NCBI GenBank assembly: GCA_938084645.1
Contig: CALKEP010000002.1
Span: 76,375 to 140,374 of the forward strand
Reading direction: 5' to 3'
Source of the DNA: an uncultured Phycisphaerales bacterium
GTDB lineage: Bacteria; Planctomycetota; Phycisphaerae; Phycisphaerales; SM1A02
DNA: 64,000 nt
A model generated the notes under the pieces. That model ran no database searches and was not told where the DNA came from. It worked only from the letters and a program-made list of their open reading frames with translations. Position numbers and translations under genes: made by a program. Position 1 is the first letter of the stretch; each line of letters starts with the position of its first letter. Shown here one piece after another: positions 40,579 through 52,498 of the stretch.

Positions 40579-41628
40579 TCAGGGCCGCGGTAGTCCCGCC
40601 GCCGCCCGCTCGGCCTCGAGCCATCGCCGCTGGATCGACGCCACCGGACCGAAGGCCTGCTCGAAGGCGACGTGTCGCCCCATTTCCGGCGTCGCCGAGA
40701 CGGCGTTCGGACGAGCGAAGTACTGGGCCATGCCCGCGGGCTCGTGGCGCACCAGCCAGCTGCAGAGGGTCGCGGCGGCGTCGTAGAACGCGGCCCGCGA
40801 CGACTCGCCGTCGGGCACCGCCCGAGCTTCGATCATCGACGCGATCGACGGCACTCGACCTGCCGCGAGTTGCCGTCGGAACTCCTCGGTCCGACCGTTC
40901 TCGGGCCGGCTCGGACCGAAACGTTCGGTCACCACGCGAGGCTCGAAACTCCCGGCGATCCCCTCGACGAGCCAGATGGGATTCTCGGTGGAGGCGGTGA
41001 GCGCTCCCTGTTCGTGCAGCAGGAGGTGCACCGCCTCGTGGATCACGACGGAGGCCGTGGCGTGATCGGAGAACATCTCGATCGCGTCGAGTTGCCCACG
41101 ATCGACGTCGCCGCCGCCCGATCGGTGGCGTGCCAGTCGGTTCGTCGCATCACGCACCGACGGGTTGTCGCTCGCGTGGTGGTAGACCATGTGGCCACCC
41201 TTCGGGGAGAAGTACCCGGCCAGCCAACGGGCGTGGACCTGATCGCTCCACCCGGCGAAGCCCATGAATTCGGTTCTCGACGCGAACGCGATGACGAGTC
41301 GCCGACGACGACGCTCGGAGTCGTCACGCTCGAGTCCGAGGGTCGCGCAGAAGTCGTCGACCGCGTGGGCGGTCCGTTCCAGCAGTCGACCGTGGCGGGC
41401 CGACTCCTCGTCCGGCAGGTCCGACAGCAGTTCGAACCGGGTGGTCCGATGCCGCTTCATCGCCGGGTACCGATCGAGAATCTCCTCGATCTTCCTCTCC
41501 ATCGCGGCGTCGCCTCCGCCGTCGAGACGAATCTCGATGGGCGGTCCAGCCTCGGTCTCGTCCACGGGCGGCGTGACCAGGCGAAACGCTCCGGCCGCGA
41601 GCAGCAACGAAAGAATGGCGATTCTCAT
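40579..41628 (-). CDS. Exported DUF1570-like zincin-motif protein
   Basis: Signal peptide; AGYFSP, VIHEAVHLL and PIWLVEGIA. Confidence 0.8.
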   Translation of the reverse strand: MRIAILSLLLAAGAFRLVTPPVDETEAGPPIEIRLDGGGDAAMERKIEEILDRYPAMKRHRTTRFELLSDLPDEESARHGRLLERTAHAVDDFCATLGLERDDSERRRRRLVIAFASRTEFMGFAGWSDQVHARWLAGYFSPKGGHMVYHHASDNPSVRDATNRLARHRSGGGDVDRGQLDAIEMFSDHATASVVIHEAVHLLLHEQGALTASTENPIWLVEGIAGSFEPRVVTERFGPSRPENGRTEEFRRQLAAGRVPSIASMIEARAVPDGESSRAAFYDAAATLCSWLVRHEPAGMAQYFARPNAVSATPEMGRHVAFEQAFGPVASIQRRWLEAERAAAGLPRP

Positions 41629-41739
41629 ACCGGTCGGGTCGGCCGGATGATGCCGGCCGTTCAGGAGAGTTCCCCCCGATCACGCTGAAGTTGGACACCC
41701 AGGTTCAAGTGCGCGGACGCGGCGTCCGATACCTCGAAC

Positions 41740-42951
41740 ATGGACCGCTCCAGCCACCGATCCCGAACCGTTCGGATCGCCGGTGTCGTCGCCGTGCTGC
41801 TGGTCGCCTGCGCCGCGTCGGCGGGCGGTGATCCACCCGTCGGCACCACGGACCAAACACGGATGCATCCCGCGGTCTGGCGACCCGACCACCCGCCGAA
41901 GATCGCCGTCGCCGATGCCGGCGCGGCAGGACTCGGTCGCAGCGCGATCCTGGTCGGCGGATTCACCGGCGACCTCGCCGCGACCGCCGCGGTGCAGGTG
42001 CGGAATCCCCGTCACGGCTGGGAGCCCGTCGGATGCGCTCTCTTAACGCCCCGCGCCGGCGCGACGGTGATGGCGCTCGACGAGAAGCGGCTGCTGGTGA
42101 TCGGCGGCTGGACCGGTGTCCTCCCCGACACGGTCACCCGACTGGACAGCGTCGAGATCTGCGAGCCGGAACAACCACACCGACGAAGAACGATCCCGCC
42201 GCCGTTTGAGACGACCGAAGACGGACTCGAAGGCCATGCCGCGACGTTGCTTCCCGATGGCCGCGTGGTTCTCCTGCACCGGAACCGACTCGCCGTCTTC
42301 GATCCCGACTCGGAACGGTGGTCACCGCCGACCCCGATCGACACGACCTGCCTTCATGCTTCCGTGACGGCCGTCGGCGCCGATCACCTCGTTCTGGTCG
42401 GTGGCACGCTTCGGGGAGATGAGGCCACGGTCCGATCGATCCACCTCGACTCGAGCGGTCTGCGTCACGTGAACTGGAACGACGCATCGATGCCGGCCCT
42501 CGAGGATGCGACGTCGATCCTCCTCGATGACGAACGAATCCTCGTGGTCGGCGGCTCGATCGACGGGACCAGTGATTCGAGAACCTGGATCCTGGACCCC
42601 ACCCGACGCGACGTCCGGCCGGGGCCGATGCTCCCGATCGAAGGCGGCATCGCCGACGCGACCCTCCATCGAAGCGGATTCGGCGTGCTGGTGGTCGGCG
42701 GTGAACGACGGATCGAAGGCCGGCCGGTTCCTCCGTTCGGCCCCGCGATCATCCAAATCGATCGGAACACCGCCCGACGACTGCCTCATCCGCCGACCTC
42801 CGCCATCCGGACCGCGATCCTCGCGGGCCCCTCGGGAATCGAACGCATCGGCGGATATCGGTTCAGGGCGACGGCCCGCGATCGGGGACGCGCCTCGGTC
42901 CTCGAGGACGCCGCGTCGCTGCGTCTCGTCCCGGTCGTCGTCGCGGACTGA
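41740..42951 (+). CDS. Exported Kelch-repeat beta-propeller protein
   Basis: Signal (possible LVAC lipobox); repeated L[V/L]xGG motifs and HAATLLPDGRV. Confidence 0.75.
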   Translation: MDRSSHRSRTVRIAGVVAVLLVACAASAGGDPPVGTTDQTRMHPAVWRPDHPPKIAVADAGAAGLGRSAILVGGFTGDLAATAAVQVRNPRHGWEPVGCALLTPRAGATVMALDEKRLLVIGGWTGVLPDTVTRLDSVEICEPEQPHRRRTIPPPFETTEDGLEGHAATLLPDGRVVLLHRNRLAVFDPDSERWSPPTPIDTTCLHASVTAVGADHLVLVGGTLRGDEATVRSIHLDSSGLRHVNWNDASMPALEDATSILLDDERILVVGGSIDGTSDSRTWILDPTRRDVRPGPMLPIEGGIADATLHRSGFGVLVVGGERRIEGRPVPPFGPAIIQIDRNTARRLPHPPTSAIRTAILAGPSGIERIGGYRFRATARDRGRASVLEDAASLRLVPVVVAD

Positions 42952-43067
42952 ACGTCCGGATATGGCCCGTGGATCGCTGCGCGATCCCCACCACCCGGAC
43001 ATTCCCACCACCATCCCACCGAGACGCGACGGAGGGCGTGCATGTCGCTCGGTCGTATTCGACCTGT

Positions 43068-43508
43068 ATGTTCATGCAGTACCCGAACCACGACGGCTCG
43101 ATCGAGATCGCCTGGGAGGACACTTCCGGAACCGGATACACCACCCGGACGATGTCCACCACGGAGCCCGCGGAGCTCCGGCTGGGTCCGAATTCGATCC
43201 TCGTACGCCCGCTGGGGCCGGCCATCAACCGGGACGAGGCATCGGCGATCGCCGGACTGGTCGCGTCGGAGTACCGCGACCGCCGAAGCGCTCCAAAGCG
43301 GCTGCTGGTCGATTTCTCGGCGGTCTCGGTCCCCTCCAGCATGGCCATCGGGCTGCTGCTCGAGCTGGCCCGGATGGCGGATGAAGGAGGCTCGGATCCG
43401 CATCTTCATGCCTCCCGCAGAATGTTGGAGGTCTTGAGGATGCTTCGACTCGACGGGCGTTATACGATGGTGGTGTCGGAAAGACGGCTCGACGAACTGC
43501 TCCGCTGA
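43068..43508 (+). CDS. STAS-domain anti-sigma-factor antagonist-like protein
   Basis: LLVDFSAVSVPSSMAIGLLL and EVLRMLRLD; start uncertain (43068 or 43152). Confidence 0.7.
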   Translation: MFMQYPNHDGSIEIAWEDTSGTGYTTRTMSTTEPAELRLGPNSILVRPLGPAINRDEASAIAGLVASEYRDRRSAPKRLLVDFSAVSVPSSMAIGLLLELARMADEGGSDPHLHASRRMLEVLRMLRLDGRYTMVVSERRLDELLR

Positions 43509-43568
43509 CCCAGCGGGTCCGTGGCGGGTCGGTCGAACCGATCGAACTTCGCCCCACCGGACCCCTTG

Positions 43569-43781
43569 ATGCCCGAACGCACCGCCACCATTCGAACGAT
43601 CGTCCTGCTCGCCGCGACGGCCTCGCTGGTCCTCACGGCGGGCTGCTACACGCGCGTGGTGGGCGTGAAGAACGCGCCGAACTACACCGGCGAAGTCTAC
43701 GAGCCCAACGTCGAAGAGGGGAACGAGAACCTCTTCAAGACCAAGACCCGGACGTACAAGGGCACGTCCTTCGTCGACTGA
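43569..43781 (+). CDS. Small lipoprotein
   Basis: Signal peptide ending in LTAGC lipobox. Confidence 0.7.
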   Translation: MPERTATIRTIVLLAATASLVLTAGCYTRVVGVKNAPNYTGEVYEPNVEEGNENLFKTKTRTYKGTSFVD

Positions 43782-43845
43782 CGCATCCGACCCTGCCGGC
43801 CGGACGAATCCACCGCAAGCATTCCGAACCTCGAGAACACGCACC

Positions 43846-44415
43846 ATGGGCATCGAAGCCGCACTTCCCACCGACAGCCTCCTCACCACGCAGTTCCACC
43901 GCGTCGCCAACTGGGCGCGTCGATCGAGCGTGTGGCCGATGCCCTTCGCCACGGCCTGCTGCGGCATCGAACTGATGGCGACCGCGTGCAGCCGATTCGA
44001 CCTTGCGCGGTTCGGGGCCGAAGTGATGCGCTTCAGCCCCCGCCAGAGCGACCTGATGATCGTGGCCGGTCGCGTCTCGGTGAAGACGCTCCCGGTGCTC
44101 CAGCGGATCTACATGCAGATGGCGGAACCGAAGTGGGTCATCTCGATGGGCGCCTGCGCCTCGACCGGCGGTGTCTTCGACACCTACGCCGTGGTCCAGG
44201 GCGTCGACCAGTTCATCCCGGTCGACGTCTACGTCCCCGGATGCCCGCCGCGTCCGGAGATGCTGATCGAGGGGATCATGGCGATCCAGAAGATCATCGA
44301 CAACGACAACCTTCCCCGCGACCCCGACGGCAAGCGACTTCCCCTGCAGCTCGCGGTGCAGCCGAACTTCCAGCCGGCCCCGCAGCCGGTCGACGTGTCG
44401 ATCGGCGCGAGCTGA
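43846..44415 (+). CDS. nuoB: NADH-quinone oxidoreductase subunit B
   Basis: [33 protein letters not shown] and [12 protein letters not shown]. Confidence 0.96.
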   Translation: MGIEAALPTDSLLTTQFHRVANWARRSSVWPMPFATACCGIELMATACSRFDLARFGAEVMRFSPRQSDLMIVAGRVSVKTLPVLQRIYMQMAEPKWVISMGACASTGGVFDTYAVVQGVDQFIPVDVYVPGCPPRPEMLIEGIMAIQKIIDNDNLPRDPDGKRLPLQLAVQPNFQPAPQPVDVSIGAS

Positions 44416-44509
44416 TCGGCGACGACGGAAGGCCATGTGGACTCGAACCCGGCCCCCTGCATCATCCTGATGCAGGGGTCTTCGTGTTCAGGCCGATCGG
44501 CACCGGAAC

Positions 44510-44953
44510 TCAGAGCCGGACCCGGCCGTCGCCATCGAGGGCCACGGACGGATTCCAGGCGATCTCCCAGGCGAATCCGTCGGGATCCGCGAAGTAGCCA
44601 CGCACCCCGCCCCACGGTGGCGGTGATGCGGGCCGCGTGATCCGCCCACCCGCGCGTTCCGCCCGCTGAAGGATCGCCTCGACCTCGGATTCCTCCGAGA
44701 CGTTCACCGACAGCGAAGCCGTGAGCCCCGCGTCGACGCCCGAGCCGGGAACGCCGGCGTCTTCCGCGAGCGCGGCCCGGGGGAACAACGCGAAGATCTG
44801 CCCCCCGAGATCGTGGAAGACGACGTGTTCGTTGCTTCGCGGATGCGCCTCGAGGCCCATCGCCGCGTAGAACGCGCGACTCCGAGCGAGGTCGGTGACC
44901 CCGAGCGTGACGAATGAGATGGCGGATCCGAGTCCCGGCTCGCGGTCGGTCAT
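44510..44953 (-). CDS. VOC (glyoxalase/bleomycin resistance) family protein
   Basis: ITLGV-like start (VTLGVTDLARSRAFY) and WGGVRGYFADPDGFAWEIAWNP. Confidence 0.92.
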   Translation of the reverse strand: MTDREPGLGSAISFVTLGVTDLARSRAFYAAMGLEAHPRSNEHVVFHDLGGQIFALFPRAALAEDAGVPGSGVDAGLTASLSVNVSEESEVEAILQRAERAGGRITRPASPPPWGGVRGYFADPDGFAWEIAWNPSVALDGDGRVRL

Positions 44954-45091
44954 GCCCGGACTCTATCCGCGAAGGACGCCCCGAACCGGATCACGACCTC
45001 CCCCCGTCCCGAATCCGGCTCGCCGGACTTCCTTCGGGGATCCGCTCCCTGTTCCACGACCGAAGGCGATGCGGACCGTATCCTGCACCCC

Positions 45092-46360
45092 ATGACCTCC
45101 GTTCCTTCGAACGATCGCCGTGGGCTCCAGACCATCTCGTCCTCGGTCCGCGGCGCAGCGGAGGCGGCGATGGAGGCGACCGGCGGCCTGCTGCGACTCG
45201 CACCCAACTGGGTCCCCCGGTCGTTCCTGCAACCCGGCCTGCGAATCAAGCTCCACCCCGACGACACCTACGCCTTCGGACTGGAACGTGGCGGCATCGA
45301 CGAGCGGTGGTTCGGATCGACCACCGAGGCGGCCAACGACGGTCGGGAACCCGATGAGGGCCTGTCCTACGTCGTGCACGACGGGACGCGTCTCCTGCTT
45401 CGGGACGTCGTCGCGGAACTCGGGGCCGACGTCGTCGGCGCCTCGATCTGGTCGACGTACGGCCGCTGGCCCGTGTACTCCAAGTTCTTCGACAACATGG
45501 GCCCGATACCGCATCACATGCACCAGAACGACGAGCAGGCGGCCCTCGTCGGTCTCGAAGGCAAGCCCGAGGCCTACTACTTCCCCCCCCAGCACAACAA
45601 CGTCGGCAACAACTTCCCGTACACCTTCATGGGATTCGAGCCGGGGACCACCCGTGAAGACGTTCGTCGATGCATCGCCGACTGGCACCGGGGCGACAAT
45701 CGGATCCTCGAACTCTCGAAGGCCTACAAGCTCCAGGTCGGGACCGGCTGGCTGATCCCGCCCTGCGTCCTGCACGCGCCGGGATCCCTCTGCACCTACG
45801 AACCGCAATGGGGCAGCGACGTCTTCGGGATGTACCAGAACCTGGTCGAGGGTCGTGCGGTCCCGAGATCGCTGCTGGTCAAGGACATGCCCGCCGACCG
45901 GCACGACGATGTCGAGTTCATTCTCGATCAGCTCGACTGGGAACGAAACCTCGATCCGAACTTCAAGGACCGCCACTACCTCGAGCCCGTCGTCCACTCC
46001 CGAAGTGAAGCGCATGCCGACCGCTGGATCGTCTACGGCACGGTCGCGGGCCGGCAGCGGTTCTCCGCCAGGGAGTTGACCGTGCAGCCCGGAGCGAGCG
46101 TGACGATCACGGATCCGGGAGCCAGTTCGCTGATCGTCGTGCAGGGCTCGGGCCGGGTGAACGGCCTGGCCCTCGACTGTCCGAAACTCATTCGCTTCCA
46201 CGAACTCACGCAGGACGAGGTCTTCGTCACCGACATCGCGGCTCGGGCGGGACTCCGCTTCGAGAACGACTCGGAGACCGAGGAGCTCGTGATCCTGCGA
46301 TACTTCGGGCCCGACGTCCACGACGATCTCCCCGAGGTCGGGGATCACCACCAGGATTGA
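45092..46360 (+). CDS. Cupin / phosphomannose-isomerase-type protein
   Basis: [28 protein letters not shown] and EPQ..SD metal-binding cupin pattern. Confidence 0.7.
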   Translation: MTSVPSNDRRGLQTISSSVRGAAEAAMEATGGLLRLAPNWVPRSFLQPGLRIKLHPDDTYAFGLERGGIDERWFGSTTEAANDGREPDEGLSYVVHDGTRLLLRDVVAELGADVVGASIWSTYGRWPVYSKFFDNMGPIPHHMHQNDEQAALVGLEGKPEAYYFPPQHNNVGNNFPYTFMGFEPGTTREDVRRCIADWHRGDNRILELSKAYKLQVGTGWLIPPCVLHAPGSLCTYEPQWGSDVFGMYQNLVEGRAVPRSLLVKDMPADRHDDVEFILDQLDWERNLDPNFKDRHYLEPVVHSRSEAHADRWIVYGTVAGRQRFSARELTVQPGASVTITDPGASSLIVVQGSGRVNGLALDCPKLIRFHELTQDEVFVTDIAARAGLRFENDSETEELVILRYFGPDVHDDLPEVGDHHQD

Positions 46361-46410
46361 GCCGGTTCGAGGATCGCCGGCGCCGACCCCACAGCCGAAG
46401 GACCAACGCC

Positions 46411-47439
<1,029 letters not shown>

Positions 47440-47509
47440 TCCTCCAAGACGCCACCCGCCGCCCCCAACGCCCCTCGAACCCGCAAACCCCTGTGGAATC
47501 GGACGTCCA

Positions 47510-48670
47510 ATGACCACCAAAACGCCTCTCCGAATCGGCATCGTCGGCTACGGCTTCATGGGCCGCACCCACACCAACGGCTACAAGCGGGCGAACGACT
47601 TCTTCGAACTCGAGCATCGCCCGGTCCTGCAGGCCGCCTGCGGACGCGACGCCGCGAAGACGAAGGCGTTCGCGGACCAGTGGGGCTGGCAGTCGGTCGA
47701 GTCCGACTGGCGGCGACTCGTCGAACGAGACGACATCGACGCGATCGACATCTGCACGCCGAACGACTCCCACGCCGAGATCGCGATCGCCGCCGCGGAA
47801 GCGGGCAAGATGGTCCTCTGCGAAAAGCCGCTCGCCCGCACCGCCGAGGAGTCGTTGCCGATGGTCGAGGCCGTGGAACGGGCCGGGGTCGCGAACACCG
47901 TCTTCTACAACTACCGACGGATCCCCGCGGTGACGCTGGCGAAGCAGGTCGTCGATTCGGGCAGGCTCGGGCGGATCTTCCACTATCGCGCGAACTTCCT
48001 CCAGGACTGGACGATCGCGGAGGACCTTCCACAGGGCGGCGCCGCCCTCTGGCGACTCGATGCCGCGGCCGCGGGCAGCGGCGTGACCGGCGATCTGCTC
48101 GCGCACTGCATCGACACCGCGATGTGGCTGAACGGCGGCATCGCCGACGTCTCCGCCCGCACCGAGACGTTCATCAAGGAACGCGTCCATCAGGACACCG
48201 GCGACACCCGACCGGTCACCATCGACGATGCATGCTCCTTCCACTGCGGCTTCGCCAACGGTTCGCTCGGCCTGTTCGAATCGACTCGGTACGCCCGTGG
48301 CCACAAGGCGCTCTACACGTTCGAGATCAACGGCGAACACGCGTCCATGCGCTGGGACCTGCACGACCTGAATCGCCTCGAGTACTTCGATCACCGCGAC
48401 GAGGGAATCGTCCGAGGCTGGCGGAACATCCACGTCTCGGACGGCGACCAGCCCTACATGGACCGCTGGTGGGTGCCGGGGCTCTGCATCGGCTACGAAC
48501 ACAGCTTCGTGCACCAGATCGTCGACTTCCTGAAGGCCCTGGAGGAGGGCACGCCGTGCCCGCCGACGTTCCGGGACGCCCACGAGACCGCGAAGGTCTG
48601 CGATGCGGTGCTCGCTTCGGCCCGGGACCGCGCGTGGAAGGACACCGGCGTCGATTGGAATGGATCCTGA
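47510..48670 (+). CDS. Gfo/Idh/MocA family NAD(P)-dependent oxidoreductase
   Basis: [23 protein letters not shown] and GDLLAHCID. Confidence 0.93.
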   Translation: MTTKTPLRIGIVGYGFMGRTHTNGYKRANDFFELEHRPVLQAACGRDAAKTKAFADQWGWQSVESDWRRLVERDDIDAIDICTPNDSHAEIAIAAAEAGKMVLCEKPLARTAEESLPMVEAVERAGVANTVFYNYRRIPAVTLAKQVVDSGRLGRIFHYRANFLQDWTIAEDLPQGGAALWRLDAAAAGSGVTGDLLAHCIDTAMWLNGGIADVSARTETFIKERVHQDTGDTRPVTIDDACSFHCGFANGSLGLFESTRYARGHKALYTFEINGEHASMRWDLHDLNRLEYFDHRDEGIVRGWRNIHVSDGDQPYMDRWWVPGLCIGYEHSFVHQIVDFLKALEEGTPCPPTFRDAHETAKVCDAVLASARDRAWKDTGVDWNGS

Positions 48671-48722
48671 ACCGACGCGGTGACGGTGTTCCCGTCCCTC
48701 GATTCGCGACCGGGTACCCGAA

Positions 48723-49946
48723 TCAGGCGAGGGCGTCGACCCATTCGCGGATCCGACCGACACCCGCCCGGATCTGGTCCTCGCCGCACGCGAAGCTGAT
48801 CCGGATGTGCGTTCGAGCGACGTCACCGAAGTCATCACCCGGCACCACCGCGACTTCCTTCTCCTCCAGCAGGGCCTCGGCGAAGGAACCCGCGGAGTCG
48901 ATTCGCCGCCCGGCGGGCGAGGTGAGACCGAAGCATCGGGAGACGTCGGGGAACGCGTAGAACGCGCCACTCGGCGGCACCGTTTCGAACCGCTCGATCC
49001 CGCCGAGCAGGTCCGCCACCAGACGGGCCCGCTCCGCGAAGACGACCCGCATGGGGCCGCTGGTCTCCGACTGTCGTCGAATGGCCTCGCACGCCGCGGG
49101 CATCAGGAAGGTCGCGATTCCACTCGTCATCTGGCTCTGGAGCCGGGTCATCGCCTTCGCGACCACGCCGTCGTCGCCGGGCGCGACGGCCCAGCCGATC
49201 CGCCAACCGGTCATCGACATCGACTTGCTGAGCCCGTTGAGGGTGACGGTGCGTTCCCGGAGTTCCGGCAGCGACGCGGGACTGAACGGGCCGACCCCCG
49301 GTGCCATCTCCGGGTAGATCAGATCCTCGTAGATCTCATCGGAGACGAGGGTCGCGGTGGGATGCGACGCGATCACCCGGGCGAGGCCGGCGAGTTCGTC
49401 GGGGGTGTAGCAGACCCCGGTGGGATTGCAGGGACTGTTCAGAATCACCGCGACGGTCCGATCGGACATCGCCGCCTCGAGCGCGGCGGGTTCGATCTTG
49501 AAACCGTCCCGGATCGTGGCGGGACATTCGACCACCACGCCTCCCGCCAGCTCGATCATCGGGCGGTAGCTCAGCCAGGCCGGGGTCACGACGACCACCT
49601 CGTCGCCGGGATCGACGAGACACTGCATGACCTCGAAGGCCGCGTGCTTCGCTCCCACCGTCACCACCACGTGCTCGGGGCCGCAGTCGATTCCGTTGTG
49701 GTTTCGCATCCGATCCGCGATGGCGGTCCGGAGGTCCGGGGATCCCGGCGTCGGCGCATACTTGGTGTGTCCCGCCGCCAGTGACTCCGAAGCCGCCTGC
49801 TTGACGAAGTCAGGGGTGTCGAAATCCGGTTCGCCCGCACCGAATCCGATGACGTCACGACCTTCCGCCCGGAGGGCCTTCGCCCTCGCGGTGACGGCCA
49901 GCGTCGCGGACCCTCGAAGCGATCGAACTCGTGCGGAGCATTTCAT
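48723..49946 (-). CDS. PLP-dependent aminotransferase class I (aspartate aminotransferase-like)
   Basis: GAGEPDFDTP, GAKHA, NSPCNPTG, SDEIY and SKSMSMTGWRIG. Confidence 0.93.
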   Translation of the reverse strand: MKCSARVRSLRGSATLAVTARAKALRAEGRDVIGFGAGEPDFDTPDFVKQAASESLAAGHTKYAPTPGSPDLRTAIADRMRNHNGIDCGPEHVVVTVGAKHAAFEVMQCLVDPGDEVVVVTPAWLSYRPMIELAGGVVVECPATIRDGFKIEPAALEAAMSDRTVAVILNSPCNPTGVCYTPDELAGLARVIASHPTATLVSDEIYEDLIYPEMAPGVGPFSPASLPELRERTVTLNGLSKSMSMTGWRIGWAVAPGDDGVVAKAMTRLQSQMTSGIATFLMPAACEAIRRQSETSGPMRVVFAERARLVADLLGGIERFETVPPSGAFYAFPDVSRCFGLTSPAGRRIDSAGSFAEALLEEKEVAVVPGDDFGDVARTHIRISFACGEDQIRAGVGRIREWVDALA

Positions 49947-50006
49947 GGACCGGTACCCTAGCGTCCCACCCCGGTCCGCCACCAACCCCCTGTGAAAAAC
50001 GACAAG

Positions 50007-50594
50007 ATGTCCAATCGCATCCTCGGAATTGCCGGAAGCACGCGTCAGGAATCCCTGAATCGCCGCCTCGTTCACGTCGCCCTGTCGGGCGCGGAATCGG
50101 CCGGTGCGGAGGTGGAACACCTCGACCTGCGGGACCTCCGGATCCCGCTCTACGACGAGGTCGAGGAACGGAAGCACGGCATGCCCGAGGGGGTTCGACG
50201 ACTTCGCGAGGCCCTGAAGCGGAGCCACGGCGTCGTCGTCGCGAGCCCGGAGTACAACGGTTCGATGACCGCGGTCCTGAAGAACGCGATCGACTGGACG
50301 ACCCGGCCCGATCCCGAATCACCCGAGGATCCGCCACTGGTCGCCTGGCGCGGCAAGGTCGCGGGTCTGCTCTCGACCAGTCCCGGCGGACTGGGTGGAA
50401 TCCGGGGTCTCGTGCACGCCCGCGCGGTCCTTTCCCACGTCGGCTGCCACGTGGTCCCCCAGGAGGCCGCGATCCCCTTCGGTCACGACGCGTTCCACGA
50501 CGACGGTTCGATCCTCGACGACAAGCGACATGCGTTGGTCCAGTCGGTGGGCCAGGCCGTCGCGGCCCTCGCCGCCCGACTCCCGCGGGATTGA
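50007..50594 (+). CDS. NAD(P)H-dependent FMN reductase
   Basis: GSTRQESLN, SPEYNGS, LKNAIDW and SPGGLGG. Confidence 0.92.
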   Translation: MSNRILGIAGSTRQESLNRRLVHVALSGAESAGAEVEHLDLRDLRIPLYDEVEERKHGMPEGVRRLREALKRSHGVVVASPEYNGSMTAVLKNAIDWTTRPDPESPEDPPLVAWRGKVAGLLSTSPGGLGGIRGLVHARAVLSHVGCHVVPQEAAIPFGHDAFHDDGSILDDKRHALVQSVGQAVAALAARLPRD

Positions 50595-50616
50595 CCCCGC
50601 CTGATAGAATCACGGC

Positions 50617-51736
50617 ATGCATTACGAAACCCATGCCTCGCTGGTCGAGGAACTCGAGGCGCGGATCTTGACAATCCGTGACTCTCTTTGACTACGACAC
50701 CAAGGTGTCGAAGCGGGAAACCCTCCAGGAGGAGATGAATGCCGACGGCTTCTGGGACAACCAGGACGCCGCCCAGGCGCACATCTCCAAGTACAAGCTC
50801 GTCAAGGCCCAGATCGATCCCCTCGAAGAGGTGATCGCGCTGTTCGAGGATGCCAAGCTCGGTCTCGAACTCGCCAAGGAGGAGGACGATCGCGAACTCC
50901 TCGAGGAGGCCGACGAACAGCTCTTCCAGATCGAACGCCGGATGGACAAGGTCGAGCTGCAGTCGCTGCTCTCGGGACCACACGACCATCGGGACTGCTT
51001 CGTCGCCATCCAGGCCGGGGACGGAGGCAACGATGCGGACGACTTCGCCGAGATGGTGGATCGGATGTACCTCTACTACTGGGAACAGCAGGGCTGGAAG
51101 GTCGAGGAGCTCAGCCGGACCCACGGCACCGAGGTCGGGATCAACGAAGTCTCGTACCACCTGAAGGGCGCCTACGCGTTCGGCAACATGAACTGCGAAC
51201 GCGGCACCCACCGCCTCGCCCGCGTGAGTCCGTTCAACGCCCAGGGCAAGCGGCAGACGAGCTTCGTCACCGTCGACGTGACGCCGGAGATCGAGGAGAC
51301 CGACCTGGTCATCCCGGACAACGACCTGGAGATCAGCAACTTCGCGCGATCCAGCGGGCCCGGCGGCCAGAACGTCAACAAGGTCGCCAGTGCGGTCCGC
51401 ATCGTCCACAAACCGACCGGAATCATGGTCGTCGCCAGCACCTTCCGGGATCAGCCGCAGAACCGCCGACAGGCGATGCAGGTGCTCATGGCGAAACTCG
51501 AGCAGATCGAGGAGGAGAAGCGTCAGGCCGAACTCGACGCCGCCACCGGTGGCAAGGTCGACCGCGGCTGGGGAACGCAGATCCGTTCCTACGTCCTCTA
51601 CGACAACCGGGTGAAGGACCACCGAACCGGGCACGAGGCCGGAAACCCGCAGACCGTCCTCGATGGCGCGCTGCAACCCTTCATCGACGCCGAACTCCAG
51701 CGCCGCCGGGCCACGCGTGAGCACGCCGAAGGCTGA
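50617..51736 (+). CDS. prfB: Peptide chain release factor 2 with programmed +1 frameshift after codon 24
   Basis: MHYETHASLVEELEARILTIRDSL ends at CTT TGA C, and the +1 frame continues DYDTK...; SPF and GGQ motifs, WGTQIRSY. Confidence 0.96.
50686..50692 (+). other. RF2 +1 ribosomal frameshift site CTT TGA C
   Basis: Canonical slippery/stop heptamer joining the two prfB frames. Confidence 0.93.
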
Positions 51737-52418
51737 TCACCACACCGGCTCGCCCCCGGCGCTCGAGCTCTCGGGCGTCGAGCGACGCCATCGCTCCGGC
51801 CGGGGCGTCGGCCCCGTCGATCTGACGCTCGAGGCCGGCACCGGGCTCGCGGTGATCGGCGAATCCGGATCGGGCAAGAGCACCCTGCTGCGAGTCGTCG
51901 CCGGTCTCGATCACGCCGATCGAGGCGTGGTGCGGATCGCCGGTGTCGACGTGGGCCGGTCCGCGCCCGGACGTCGCGATGTGGCGTTCGTGTCACAGGA
52001 TCTCCCGCTCTACGACCATCTCGACGTCGCGGCGAACGTCCACATGGCGATTTCGGGACTCGATCTCGAACAGGACGTCCGCACTCGACGCATCGACGAA
52101 GCGATCGAGGCCGCGGACGCGACGGACTTCCGAAATCGACGTGCCGACCGACTCTCCGGTGGCGAGCGGGCACGCACCTGCCTCGCCCGGATCCTCGCTC
52201 GACGGCCCGCCGTCGCCCTGCTCGACGAGCCCTTCGCCGGACTCGACCGACGAAGACGCGACACGGTGCGTGACCTCGTCTGTTCGACCCTGACCGCCGC
52301 GGGCACCGCGTTTCTTCTGATCACCCACGATCCCGAGGATCTCCGAAGCGTGTCGCGGTCCGTGGAACTCGCTCCGGATGGCCGACTCGAACCGGCGCCG
52401 CCCCCCGAGCCCTCCTGA
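51717..52418 (+). CDS. ABC transporter ATP-binding protein (no adjacent permease)
   Basis: GESGSGKST, LSGGE, LLDEPF and ITHD; start approximate (GTG overlapping the prfB end). Confidence 0.85.
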   Translation: MSTPKADHHTGSPPALELSGVERRHRSGRGVGPVDLTLEAGTGLAVIGESGSGKSTLLRVVAGLDHADRGVVRIAGVDVGRSAPGRRDVAFVSQDLPLYDHLDVAANVHMAISGLDLEQDVRTRRIDEAIEAADATDFRNRRADRLSGGERARTCLARILARRPAVALLDEPFAGLDRRRRDTVRDLVCSTLTAAGTAFLLITHDPEDLRSVSRSVELAPDGRLEPAPPPEPS

Positions 52419-52498
52419 ATTCGCGGCCGGGGTGGAAACCGGGGATGATGCGAGTCGCGGTGCCATCCGGCACCGTCGACGTCGCCCCTGGGGAACCC

